A stretch of 32,000 nt of DNA from Nitrosopumilus maritimus SCM1 (GTDB lineage Archaea > Thermoproteota > Nitrososphaeria > Nitrososphaerales > Nitrosopumilaceae). The stretch covers positions 1,200,001 through 1,232,000 of the forward strand of contig NC_010085.1 in NCBI RefSeq assembly GCF_000018465.1. The letters run 5' to 3'. Shown one piece after another: positions 18,001 through 27,382 of this stretch. A program made the translations under genes and the position numbers. The notes beneath the pieces were generated by a model that did not search any database, was not told the origin of the DNA, and worked only from the letters and a program-made list of their open reading frames with translations. Position 1 is the stretch's first letter, and each line of letters starts with the position of its first letter.

Positions 18001-18184
18001 AGACTTGTCTGGTCTTTGTTTTTAGATTTAAAATCAATATTTAACATGTTTTCGTGTAAAAATTATCAAAGCTTTAGTTACGTGTGCCGACATATTGAAT
18101 AAAATTTTGCATGAGCTCTTTTTATTTTTGAAATCGAATCTTGCACCATAAAGTAATTTTAATACAGAGCATATTTCAGAACAA

Positions 18185-19645
18185 ATGAATAGCATTAGAT
18201 TGTTTTCAATATCTAGTGTAACAGCAATTTTTTTGTTGCTTTCTTTGTCCGTGTTTGTTCCCGTGTTAGGAGAAATTGCACCGCCAAACAAACAGATGAA
18301 ATTAGGAGTACTTGCCGAGGATGTAATTTGCAAGGAAGGATTACAGCTAATGATTAGAAGCAGTGGAAATGCCATATGTGTAAAAGATTCTTCTACAACT
18401 CGCCTAGCTGACTCTGGTTCTGCAATAGTTGTCCCAAACAATCCAATTCCTCTCATAGAAAAACAAACAGAGGAATCTGAAAATACAGTGCAAGATGAAA
18501 TTACTCAAAAGGCTGAAAAAACCATAGTAATTGAGCCTACAAACGTAGGTTACTTTCCTGGCGATACAATTGATTTTTCAGGCAAGGCAAGAGGTAACCA
18601 GAATCTTGAGATAACCTTGATTGATCCTAACGAAAAAGAGGTTTTCACGGAGGTTTTTGAATTGGACTCTTCTGGTAATGTGAGCTTCCAAATAGTAACT
18701 GAGACTTTTTTTGTAGAGGGACGTTACTTTCTGATTGCAGAACAAAGTGATGACTCTGAAATAACACCTGTAACTATTGGACATAATTCTAATGACATTC
18801 AATTGGTAGTGGATGATTTTTACAACAAATTAGATTCCGAATTATTAATTGAGATGTATAGTGATCCTCTGTCCACAGTAGAGTTGGCAGTGTATGATTA
18901 TGCAGAACATGAAAAATTTAGATCTGACATCACCGTCAATTCAAATGGCTATGCGGAAACTACCATAGATCTGAGCGGATACAAGTCAGGAGTTTACTCT
19001 GCAGTGCTAACACATGGAACCGAAGATGTTGATGTAGATTTTGCAGTGGGTCTAAAAACAGGTTCCACCTTACCAATAACACTCAGTGTCACCAAAGAAC
19101 ACTATGTTCCTAATGAACGGGTTCTAATTTTTGGAACAGCAAGTAGTAATTCTGCAGTTACATTAGATGTGATAAATCCTGATGGTGATCTTGTTCACGA
19201 GATTGAATCATACTCTGATGCATCTGGAAAAATTTCAACCATGTTTAATCTTCCTACAAGTGCAGCTACAGGAGAATGGAAGATAGCAACTACAGGAAGA
19301 TCCATAGTTAACGAAGCCACTTTTCATGTAACCGGAAATGATCCCCCATTGTCTTTTGAGATAGACAAGGTAGAGCCATACGAGACAGGAGATGTTTTAA
19401 CATTGGTGGGAAGTGGCGTAGACACCGTATCTAAAATTGCAATTAGCATCACATCAGGTGAAGTAATAGAAAAATTCGAGGTGTTTGCTACAGAAGACGG
19501 GGATTTCTCTTTAAGTTGGAGCATTCCTGAGGATTTAGAGTCAGGAACACATACCATTACTGTTGATGACAACATTACAACAGTTACCAAAAACTTTGAG
19601 GTCATTAACCCTCTCTATGAGAAAAGTTATTTTACATCTCCATGA
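18185..19645 (+). CDS. Secreted/cell-surface protein with Ig-like/macroglobulin-like beta domains
   Basis: N-terminal signal MNSIRLFSISSVTAIFLLLSLSVFVPVLG; repeated segments such as SGKARGNQNLEITLIDPNEKEVFTEVFELDSSGNVSFQIVTE, FGTASSNSAVTLDVINPDGDLVHE and SGVDTVSKIAISITSGEVIEKFEVFATEDGDFSLSW. Confidence 0.75.
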   Translation: MNSIRLFSISSVTAIFLLLSLSVFVPVLGEIAPPNKQMKLGVLAEDVICKEGLQLMIRSSGNAICVKDSSTTRLADSGSAIVVPNNPIPLIEKQTEESENTVQDEITQKAEKTIVIEPTNVGYFPGDTIDFSGKARGNQNLEITLIDPNEKEVFTEVFELDSSGNVSFQIVTETFFVEGRYFLIAEQSDDSEITPVTIGHNSNDIQLVVDDFYNKLDSELLIEMYSDPLSTVELAVYDYAEHEKFRSDITVNSNGYAETTIDLSGYKSGVYSAVLTHGTEDVDVDFAVGLKTGSTLPITLSVTKEHYVPNERVLIFGTASSNSAVTLDVINPDGDLVHEIESYSDASGKISTMFNLPTSAATGEWKIATTGRSIVNEATFHVTGNDPPLSFEIDKVEPYETGDVLTLVGSGVDTVSKIAISITSGEVIEKFEVFATEDGDFSLSWSIPEDLESGTHTITVDDNITTVTKNFEVINPLYEKSYFTSP

Positions 19646-19853
19646 TTTTCTCTTGCACTGATTCTTTTAATCAAACACAACCAGCAATGTAATCAATTCA
19701 ATCAGAATTTTACAAGTATTGAAATCTTTTAAGGTATGATTAACTAGTTGCTATTTTTTTAATACAATCATCAATCTGACTCTACTAATTTCAGATGAAT
19801 TGATCATTTTTTTGAATATTCCAAATTAACTTTATTTTTATAAAATCAATTTC

Positions 19854-20738
19854 ATGTTAAAAATTACATCTACAGTATTGCTCTCATGCATGATTGCAAT
19901 ATCAATGACTAGCATATCATGGGCTGAAGAAAATTTCATGCTGACAATCAGCAGTTTGTCTGAATATGAGGAAGGCCAACATTCAATCATTAATGGCAAA
20001 ACAGAAACATTGGACGGCAAGCCGGTATCTGAAGTAACAATTCATGTGTACTTTCCATCTGAAATCATTAAAACATCTACAAACGCTACCGGACAATTTT
20101 CGGTAACGTCTCCACTGCCAGTCAAAGTTGGAGAAAAAGACATTGAAGTATATGCTCGAAAAGACAACAAACAGGCAAATTCACAAATTACATACAATGT
20201 AATTGAAAGCAAGCCGATAATCATTCAGGAAGCAAAACAGACTAAGCCAGAATCAAAGAAACCAAAAGAGATAGATCCTTTCTCAAAAATGATTCAAGAG
20301 CTTGAAAAACAAAAGGCAGAGAAAATAGAAAGAGAGACAAGCATCAAAGAACAGCAGGAAATCAGCGAGAAAAGAAGACTGGCGCAAAAAGACCTACAAA
20401 ACGATCTGACAGAGTCTGAAAAAAGAAACGAGGTAAACAGTCCTCGAAATGTCTTCTACAGATTCATACAAGAAGTAGATAGTTCTGTCAGAGGAATATT
20501 CTGGCAACAATTCTTGTTTACAGAAAGGATTACTCAGCAGGCACATGAAGCCAAAGAAATGGCACTAAAAGACGGAAGAACGTCATTTGAAGCCATGAAA
20601 ATCTTTCAAAACGAGGCTGCAGTAACCCAACAAGAAGTTATGGAATTTAACAAGAATCTGAGCATGCAATATGGAAACGCCACAGAAAGCATTCAAAACA
20701 TGTTTGATGAGAATGGGAAACTTCCTAGGGAAGACTAG
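19854..20738 (+). CDS. Secreted protein, N-terminal carboxypeptidase-regulatory-like beta domain and charged helical C-terminus
   Basis: Signal MLKITSTVLLSCMIAISMTSISWA; GKTETLDGKPVSEVTIHVYFPSEIIKTSTNATGQFSV; coiled-coil-like C-terminal half. Confidence 0.68.
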   Translation: MLKITSTVLLSCMIAISMTSISWAEENFMLTISSLSEYEEGQHSIINGKTETLDGKPVSEVTIHVYFPSEIIKTSTNATGQFSVTSPLPVKVGEKDIEVYARKDNKQANSQITYNVIESKPIIIQEAKQTKPESKKPKEIDPFSKMIQELEKQKAEKIERETSIKEQQEISEKRRLAQKDLQNDLTESEKRNEVNSPRNVFYRFIQEVDSSVRGIFWQQFLFTERITQQAHEAKEMALKDGRTSFEAMKIFQNEAAVTQQEVMEFNKNLSMQYGNATESIQNMFDENGKLPRED

Positions 20739-20814
20739 CATTTGAGAACAATTTTTTCATTTAGTCCAATTGCAAATCAAGTTTGAATACAAAAAAATGA
20801 GAATTGAATCTCAG

Positions 20815-21078
20815 CTACTTTGTTTGAGAAGCTCGTTTTTGTGCTTTCTTGTAGTCTGCTTTCTTTTTTCTTGCAGTTTTTTCAGCAGTTCTTAGTGCTT
20901 TTTTCAAACTTTTGATCTTGTTGTTTGCTTTTTGTAGATCTCGTTTTCTTTTGTTTGCTACTAGTGTTGCTCTGCGTTTTGCCTTGCTGACAGGCTTTGA
21001 ACGTCTTACAGTCTTCTTAGATTTAGAAGCAGTTTTTCTAGTAGAACGTCGTTTGGTAGCACGTTTCTTTGTTGCCAT
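20815..21078 (-). CDS. Very basic Lys/Arg/Ala-rich protein, histone H1 tail-like
   Basis: MATKKRATKRRSTRKTASKSKKTVRRSKPVSKAKRRATLVANKRKRDLQK.... Start set to ATG at 21078 rather than 21096 in the track. Confidence 0.75.
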   Translation of the reverse strand: MATKKRATKRRSTRKTASKSKKTVRRSKPVSKAKRRATLVANKRKRDLQKANNKIKSLKKALRTAEKTARKKKADYKKAQKRASQTK

Positions 21079-21244
21079 AAAGTAATGACAAAACATGTTA
21101 ACTAAATAGAGGACATATCAGATAATTTTGAAGCAAACTCAACTTTTTTGAATCCTTTTCATGCAAATTTGTTGAAATAATTAGAGTCATAATTGTTTTC
21201 AATAAACCGATCATTACATTAAAGATGAATCCGATAAAACAGCA

Positions 21245-22054
21245 GTGAGAAAATACAAGCCTACAATTTCTTACAGACTAAAGGAAATACCAATTAAACA
21301 GATCAAAGTGTGGAAGGAAGCACAAGCTCGCAAGCTAGACAGAGAAAACATTTCAGAACTTGCAAAATCAATTAAAAATGAAGGGTTGCTAAATCCTCCC
21401 CTAGTTCAAAAAGAAGGCAAAAACACTTTTTTGTTAATGTCAGGGCAGCGAAGGCTTGCCGCAATGAAGAGACTTGGCGCAAAAAAAATCCCAGTACATG
21501 TGCTCACAAAGCAGACATCATATAATCTAGAGAACGCAAAGGCAGCATCAGTTGTTGAAAACATACACAGAAACGACATGAATCACAAAGAAATTGCAGA
21601 TTCTTGCAAATTTTTGACAGAGCAGATGGGAAAATCAGCTGCTGCAAGATCTATGGGCATGTCATTGCCAACCCTGAACAAGTATCTTGGATTTTCAGGC
21701 GTTCCAAACAGACTAAAGCTACTGGTACCAAAAGTTCTTTCGCGCGACGAGATGACAAAAGTATATCGAATCATACCAAACATTACAAAAGCAGAAAAAA
21801 TAGCACAAAGAATCTCAAAGCTAGACTCGGGGTTGAAAAAGAAATACATCCAAGCGTTATCCCAATCACCAAAATCATCGCATCAAAAATTGCTAAAGCG
21901 TGCAAAATCAATGCGTATAAAACGGAATTTGTCATTTAAGATCTCAAAAACAAATGCAAAAAGACTTGCAACAGTATCAAACAAAAAGGACATGTCACCT
22001 GATGAATTTGCAGGAAAAATCATTTCAGACTATCTAAAACGTAAAAGAAGATAA
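21245..22054 (+). CDS. ParB/Spo0J-like partition-family protein
   Basis: IPIKQIKVWKEAQARKLDRENISELAKSIKNEGLLNPPLVQKEGKNTFLLMSGQRRLAAMKRLGAKKIPVHVL (ParB N domain with GxRRxxA), VVENIHRNDMNHKEIADSCKFL, and HTH SAAARSMGMSLPTLNKYLGFSGVP. Confidence 0.88.
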   Translation: MRKYKPTISYRLKEIPIKQIKVWKEAQARKLDRENISELAKSIKNEGLLNPPLVQKEGKNTFLLMSGQRRLAAMKRLGAKKIPVHVLTKQTSYNLENAKAASVVENIHRNDMNHKEIADSCKFLTEQMGKSAAARSMGMSLPTLNKYLGFSGVPNRLKLLVPKVLSRDEMTKVYRIIPNITKAEKIAQRISKLDSGLKKKYIQALSQSPKSSHQKLLKRAKSMRIKRNLSFKISKTNAKRLATVSNKKDMSPDEFAGKIISDYLKRKRR

Positions 22055-22163
22055 TAAGAAAGAGGAATTAGTTTTTAGTCTTCACAATATTTTGCAGGCC
22101 TTCCAAATTTATCACTACAAAGCTCACATGGGTCATCCAGATGACACTCTGGCAAATAACAGC

Positions 22164-22601
22164 TCATTGTATCCTCAACAAAGAACAATTAAGATTCCTT
22201 GAAATTTTGTCAACAACACTCTGGTGAATCTCAGTAGTATTGATGTTCTCAGACGGATTCATAACCACCAGGTCAACGTCACTTTTGTTTGCATAATCTA
22301 TAATGTATTGATGGGGATCATCCTCTATTTTTTCTATTTTTGTTGCAACATTAGCACCATACTTTTTTGCAATTTCTCTAAATTTAGAAGCCTCGTTTTC
22401 AGCGATATTTACATCTCTTGCGGCATCTATCTTGTCTTGTTTTGTTTTAAAGAACATGAATTTTGGAATCTTTTTTTCCACACATTGCAAAATTGTGATT
22501 TTTCCTCCAAGATTTCCCGCAATTTTTGACGCAGTAGTAATGGACTTGAGGCCTTTTTCAGAATTGTCAAAGGGTACCAAAATATGCTTGAATTCAGTCA
22601 T
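22164..22601 (-). CDS. Universal stress protein (UspA family)
   Basis: FKHILVPFDNSEKGLKSITTASKIAGNLGGKITILQCVE...YANKSDVDLVVMNPSE. Confidence 0.85.
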   Translation of the reverse strand: MTEFKHILVPFDNSEKGLKSITTASKIAGNLGGKITILQCVEKKIPKFMFFKTKQDKIDAARDVNIAENEASKFREIAKKYGANVATKIEKIEDDPHQYIIDYANKSDVDLVVMNPSENINTTEIHQSVVDKISRNLNCSLLRIQ

Positions 22602-22736
22602 GATTTTTGTTGTGGGACAATATTGATTAGTAGTCCTAAGCTTATTAGCTGAATTTCAATATCAGAGCTTACTGCCAGTTATTAGATACAAAATCCTAGA
22701 ATGTAATGCAGATAAACAATTTTTCACATTACAATA

Positions 22737-23168
22737 ATGAATATAAAAAATCCACGAATTAAACCAGGACACGTGTTACGCGTGCCTAAAAAAAGAAAGG
22801 TGAGAGTCAATCCGTTAGGAATTGACAAAAAACGATTAGTAAAGAATCATGGAAGCCCTAAGATCACAAACATATCCAAACAAAGAAAAAACAAGCAGAA
22901 TCAGAACAAAAAGCATTCAAACATAAGAGAAAAAATTAAAGATGAAAAACAGATCTTATTAAAAGATTCTGAAAAACTAAAACAAAATCTCAAGAAGCTG
23001 CAAACTCTTGTAATCTCCATGTCAGGATTAGAAAAACTGAGCAAAGACTCGATTAGAAGAATACAGCAAAAGCGTCAAAAAATATGTAAAGAAAATGAAA
23101 GACTGTTCAAAAAAATCAATTCATCTGCCAAGCGACTCTCAGAACTTGAAACAAAATTTGGCCGTTAA
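22737..23168 (+). CDS. Basic coiled-coil protein, unknown function
   Basis: 143 aa Lys-rich protein with a heptad-like C-terminus (LKKLQTLVISMSGLEKLSKDSIRRIQQKRQKICKENERLFKKI). Confidence 0.55.
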   Translation: MNIKNPRIKPGHVLRVPKKRKVRVNPLGIDKKRLVKNHGSPKITNISKQRKNKQNQNKKHSNIREKIKDEKQILLKDSEKLKQNLKKLQTLVISMSGLEKLSKDSIRRIQQKRQKICKENERLFKKINSSAKRLSELETKFGR

Positions 23169-23211
23169 GTAATTTTTTTTCTCCAAGTATTAAATAGAAT
23201 CATCATAAATT

Positions 23212-23658
23212 ATGTTCATGGTAATAAAAATCAAAAAAATTCTAGTTCCATACGATGCAACACCTAGTAGCGAAAAGGCTGTCAAAAAAGTGCTGCCTCT
23301 AATTGAGAAGCATGACTCAAAGATTCTATTTTTATCGTGTGTACATGACAAGGCGACATTTGGATTCTTTAAGACAAAGTCTGATAAACGCGAGATTGCC
23401 AAGGAAAAGAAAAAAGCTGAGAGACATCATGAAAGGCTGAAAAAAGAAGCAGCAAAATTTGGCATTCCTTCAAGCTCAAAGATAATCAAGAGTGATTTGG
23501 AATCAAAATCAATCATTGAATATGCAAAAGATCAAAACGCGGATTTAATTGTGATGAGTAAATCAAAAATCGGAACACATGCTGAAAAAATGTACTACAA
23601 CAGTACAGTTGATGCCGTTTTCAAAAAAACGCCATGTCCCTTTCTATACATCCCATAA
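23212..23658 (+). CDS. Universal stress protein (UspA family)
   Basis: IKKILVPYDATPSSEKAVKKVLPLIEKHDSKILFLSCVHD...YAKDQNADLIVMSKSKIG...TPCPFLYI. True start may be ATG at 23218. Confidence 0.88.
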   Translation: MFMVIKIKKILVPYDATPSSEKAVKKVLPLIEKHDSKILFLSCVHDKATFGFFKTKSDKREIAKEKKKAERHHERLKKEAAKFGIPSSSKIIKSDLESKSIIEYAKDQNADLIVMSKSKIGTHAEKMYYNSTVDAVFKKTPCPFLYIP

Positions 23659-23762
23659 GCGATTGTAACTTGGACATCCCACAAAGGGATACTTTTAGCT
23701 GTTTGGAATTCAGGCCAAAATCTCATCAGGATTATTCCATCACAAAGAACATATTTTAAAAA

Positions 23763-24590
23763 TTAATTCTTGTTGTGAATTTCTACGACTCTTTGAGGAA
23801 ATGGAATTTCTATACCGTTCTCATCAAGAGTAGTTTTTACTACCTCACACAATTCCGGATAGACTTTGCCCCAGTGATCCCTGTGATGCCAGACCATAAC
23901 TTGTAAATTCACACTGCTGTCTGCAAGCTCTGTAACATGTATTTCCGGCTCGGGTTTTGCCAAAATATAGGGCATTTTTTCATTCAAAGTTTGTTTCAAT
24001 TTGGAAATTGCCTTCTTGGTATTTGCAGAATAGCTGATTCCTACTGAGACAGATGTACGTCTTGCATTTGTTGAAGAAAATCCTCGAATTCTTGACGTGA
24101 ATACTTTGTCATTTGGAATTCGCATTGTTGTTCCATCAAACTTTCTGACCATTGTGGAGAACATTGTAATGTCCAATACAGTTCCAAGCACATCCATGTC
24201 TGGAATTTCTATTGTATCGCCATGCTTGAGTGGCTTTTCTATCATTAAGAATATGCCTGAAATTAAGTTGGATACGACTGATTGTGTGGCAAATCCAATG
24301 ACCACTCCAAAAATACCTCCTGCCACCAATAGACCGCTAAGATCTATTCCTGTGCTTGTCATTACACCTGCAAAGGAGAGCAAAATTATACCATAGTACA
24401 GCAATTTCCCAATATTTTTTGATGTATGCTCGGGCAATTTTGATGCAAATTTCTTTGTAAAAACGGATTTTGAGATTGACGCGATTGTAAATCCTGCCAA
24501 CAAAAAAACCAATGACGTAGCTACTAGACCCAGTCCAATCGTGTTTCCCAATATGTCAAATGAGTATTGGTCAAGAAATTCCAGCACCAT
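23763..24590 (-). CDS. mscS: MscS family small-conductance mechanosensitive channel
   Basis: LLVAGGIFGVVIGFATQSVVSNLISGIFLMIEKPLKHGDTIEIPDMDVLGTVLDITMFSTMVRKFDGTTMRIPNDKVF matches MscS TM3 plus beta domain; C-terminal domain present. Confidence 0.93.
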   Translation of the reverse strand: MVLEFLDQYSFDILGNTIGLGLVATSLVFLLAGFTIASISKSVFTKKFASKLPEHTSKNIGKLLYYGIILLSFAGVMTSTGIDLSGLLVAGGIFGVVIGFATQSVVSNLISGIFLMIEKPLKHGDTIEIPDMDVLGTVLDITMFSTMVRKFDGTTMRIPNDKVFTSRIRGFSSTNARRTSVSVGISYSANTKKAISKLKQTLNEKMPYILAKPEPEIHVTELADSSVNLQVMVWHHRDHWGKVYPELCEVVKTTLDENGIEIPFPQRVVEIHNKN

Positions 24591-25333
24591 TAATCATACC
24601 CCGAATCCATTACAAATGGTTGTGATTTTTCTGGAACTGTACGCAATGATTTCTCTAGATTATCAGAACAAGGACTGACGGTAAGAGTTGCATGTTTCTC
24701 ATCATTTATCTCCATAGAAATAGAGTCGACAATGATTTTGTTATTTGAATAGTACACGTTTTGAGAAGATGCATCAAATACTATTTTTCCGACTTTGACT
24801 GCATGATCCAAGTTGTTTTTTATTTTGACATTTACTACTGCGTGATGGTATGGCTTGATTTTTTCTTTGTCATCAATCTTGGAATACTTACAAAAATCCC
24901 CGTCAGTTGGCAATCCATAAAGTGCAAATTTTGATAACAGAGGATCACATGAAAAAGAATCTACCAGTACATCCTCTTTAGGAGTCTTTGCAAAGACGCC
25001 TATCTCAATTGGACACTTTAGTGATATCTCTGCACTTACAGATTTTCCAACAAGTATCGGGTTTTGAAGATCCAAATACAGCAACGAGGTTATCGGTTCA
25101 GGTACATTTAGGGGCAGCATAGGACAAATGTGAATTTTTACATCATCCCCCACATCCAATGCATGTCTGATATGTGAATCCGAAGATATTCGCATGTATT
25201 GAAATTGATTCGTATTTGTTTTTGATATTTGAATTTCATTGTTGGCAAATGTCAAACTTAATGGTTCGTCAACATCATGTGTTCCAAAATTTGCATAGTC
25301 AAACTCTGACTGATACTTCATCAAACTGTGCAT
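24590..25333 (-). CDS. DUF432-like protein
   Basis: 247 aa soluble protein overlapping the MscS start by 1 nt. Resemblance to DUF432 proteins is from memory, not searched. Confidence 0.5.
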   Translation of the reverse strand: MHSLMKYQSEFDYANFGTHDVDEPLSLTFANNEIQISKTNTNQFQYMRISSDSHIRHALDVGDDVKIHICPMLPLNVPEPITSLLYLDLQNPILVGKSVSAEISLKCPIEIGVFAKTPKEDVLVDSFSCDPLLSKFALYGLPTDGDFCKYSKIDDKEKIKPYHHAVVNVKIKNNLDHAVKVGKIVFDASSQNVYYSNNKIIVDSISMEINDEKHATLTVSPCSDNLEKSLRTVPEKSQPFVMDSGYD

Positions 25334-25395
25334 GAGTTTGCTTGTGTTCTACTTGTAATAATACCTCTTAAGCTGGTATGTTGAATTTACACATA

Positions 25396-25866
25396 TTAGC
25401 TTACGTGACGCTTTTTTGGGAAAATTTCCACCATCTCTTCGCTTAGCTTGTGATTTGGGATTATGATTTTACTGCCGTCATTTGTCACAGCAACTACCTT
25501 TGTCAGATGCAAACCGGTAATTTGGCACCGAACATAATCAAACTCTATTTTATCCCCTACGTTAATTTGAGGATTAAGGAATATTCCTATTCCTGAAATG
25601 ATGTTTTTTAATTGATTTTGTAATGCAATTCCTATCACTACTGCGGCTGCCCCAATTGACGTGATTACCTCAAGGGCTAGATCAAAAAGTCCAAAAGTAG
25701 TTCCAAGATATATTGCCTCCCCCAGAGTAATGAAGATTAGCAGCATTCCCAGCAATTTGTCTGAGCCTTGCAGATCTTGTAGTTTGTTATTGATGACTTG
25801 TCTTGTAATGAAATATAGCACTGCAGTTATGGCTAGTGATATTACTGCTAAGTAAATGTCAGACAA
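25396..25866 (-). CDS. Short MscS-like membrane protein lacking the C-terminal vestibule domain
   Basis: VITSIGAAAVVIGIALQNQLKNIISGIGIFLNPQINVGDKIEFDYVRCQITGLHLTKVVAVTNDGSKIIIPNHKL. Confidence 0.82.
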   Translation of the reverse strand: MSDIYLAVISLAITAVLYFITRQVINNKLQDLQGSDKLLGMLLIFITLGEAIYLGTTFGLFDLALEVITSIGAAAVVIGIALQNQLKNIISGIGIFLNPQINVGDKIEFDYVRCQITGLHLTKVVAVTNDGSKIIIPNHKLSEEMVEIFPKKRHVS

Positions 25867-25869
25867 TTC

Positions 25870-26121
25870 TCAATACAACATATCCTCTTCAAAGAATTCC
25901 AGGATGCTGTCTTTGATTACAATGTCAGAATTCTTCTTAAAACTAAATGACTCTGTATAGTTTGCTTTTATGATTGACAGTTCCACTGAAGCTCCATCTT
26001 CTAATGAGGTGTAATTAGGTGGCAGTAATTTGTCGATTCGTTTCCATTTACCCACCAGCTTGCATGTGTCAAAAAGCTTCTGGCTCTTGATTCTCTTATG
26101 TGTTTGTGTTTTTGCGCTCAA
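25870..26121 (-). CDS. Small hypothetical protein (83 aa)
   Basis: ORF in tight tandem with the short MscS-like gene (stop to start gap of a few nt). Confidence 0.5.
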   Translation of the reverse strand: MSAKTQTHKRIKSQKLFDTCKLVGKWKRIDKLLPPNYTSLEDGASVELSIIKANYTESFSFKKNSDIVIKDSILEFFEEDMLY

Positions 26122-26124
26122 GAC

Positions 26125-26307
26125 TTAACTCCTCTTTTGTTTTGAGAATCTTTTTTTGTACTCTTGCATCAACAATATTGGAAACGGGGTATACTCTACG
26201 TTTTCATAAAATATCTTTAACTGCTCGTTTGAAAGTTTTTTTAAATAATTCTTGATGTTCTCTTCACATGAAAGATAAGACATGTTTGGATCAAACAGCT
26301 TGTCCAT
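26125..26307 (-). CDS. Small hypothetical protein (60 aa)
   Basis: ORF abutting the 83-aa ORF, same strand. Confidence 0.45.
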   Translation of the reverse strand: MDKLFDPNMSYLSCEENIKNYLKKLSNEQLKIFYENVEYTPFPILLMQEYKKRFSKQKRS

Positions 26308-26367
26308 AGGATAACAAGGAATCTTTTAGAATATAGCATGTCGTAAGCTAAATGAGATATTTTCAGC

Positions 26368-27165
26368 TTATTCTTTTAATTTAAACTCCTTGAATGCATC
26401 TGATATGTTCCAATAGTGTTTGAAATAATCCAGACACCACTCTCTAAATGCCTCATCCTGACTGTAGAACATGGAACGCAGGTCTGGTTTTCCACTCAAA
26501 TCAGGAAACATCAATCCTGCAGAATGCTCGTTTAGAATTACAGACACCTGAACTGTTTTTAGCATCCTTCTTTCGATCTTTCCGGATTCCAGCAATGGAT
26601 AAAAGCCGGATTTCTCCAAGAGTTTCTTGCGCCCTGCAGGAATTGACGCATTCTCAGAGATGATATGACGGTACTTTACGCCACGCTTTACACGTCTTAT
26701 CATCAATTCAATCAGATCCAAGGGAGTTTCTGACAATATGTTGAAGATATACTCATCAGACGTCCTGTAGATTTTCTTCCATGTTTCAAGCACCTTGGAT
26801 ACGCCTACAATTTCCTTTGAATTGCTAAGATCACCTATGCGTCGCAGGAATTTTGGAGGAATGTTTCCAAAGTCATGAGTTTGCAGATATTTCTTGTTTT
26901 GAGACAAATATGAAAATGAGTGTATCTGAGTGCTAATTGATCTTCCAAAAGTTGTAAGTGTGTAGAAATTGTTCTCTTGTTTTCTTATCAGTCCAGAGTT
27001 GACCATGCGTTCAAAATTTCTGTGTATTTCCTGGGGCGATACATTGTATTTTTTTGCCAACGTAGTAAGTCTTGATGGTTTTTGAATCAAATCAAATAAA
27101 ATTTTTAATCTAATTTCGCTGGCAAGTTCTAAAAATTCTGCAGATGTGTATTCAAAGTCTACCAT
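26368..27165 (-). CDS. Winged-helix regulator with C-terminal sensor-like domain (FilR1/DUF1724-like)
   Basis: ASEIRLKILFDLIQKPSRLTTLAKKYNVSPQEIHRNFERMVNSGLIRKQENNFYTLTTFG HTH, then a C-terminal domain with MIRRVKRGVKYRHIISENASIP. Confidence 0.75.
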   Translation of the reverse strand: MVDFEYTSAEFLELASEIRLKILFDLIQKPSRLTTLAKKYNVSPQEIHRNFERMVNSGLIRKQENNFYTLTTFGRSISTQIHSFSYLSQNKKYLQTHDFGNIPPKFLRRIGDLSNSKEIVGVSKVLETWKKIYRTSDEYIFNILSETPLDLIELMIRRVKRGVKYRHIISENASIPAGRKKLLEKSGFYPLLESGKIERRMLKTVQVSVILNEHSAGLMFPDLSGKPDLRSMFYSQDEAFREWCLDYFKHYWNISDAFKEFKLKE

Positions 27166-27217
27166 GATAAAAAGAGGAAACGTCTTCTTTAAAGTGCTTG
27201 TGATGATCTTAAATTCA

Positions 27218-27379
27218 CTATAACAGTTCGTCTAACTGGCCTTTTTTAGCCATGTCTAAAACAAATGATTGAATTTTAGTAATACCGCATCGTGGAAACT
27301 GTTTTGTGTCGTTGTTCTGGTTTTTTACAATTATAGCATCATCAAGAATATAGATGTCAAGTCTAGACTTTCCAAACAT
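27218..27379 (-). CDS. Small hypothetical protein (53 aa), not in the supplied ORF track
   Basis: Reverse strand reads MFGKSRLDIYILDDAIIVKNQNNDTKQFPRCGITKIQSFVLDMAKKGQLDELL*; starts a few nt after the stop of the upstream Lrp-like ORF. Confidence 0.45.
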   Translation of the reverse strand: MFGKSRLDIYILDDAIIVKNQNNDTKQFPRCGITKIQSFVLDMAKKGQLDELL

Positions 27380-27382
27380 TTT

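Noticed and set aside
18034-18456. 140-aa minus-strand ORF at 18034..18456
   Set aside because: Mostly antisense to the signal peptide and N-terminus of the secreted protein at 18185; no family resemblance.
22224-22626. Plus-strand ORFs over the UspA gene
   Set aside because: Antisense to a recognisable UspA; Cys/Phe-rich translation is typical of shadow frames.
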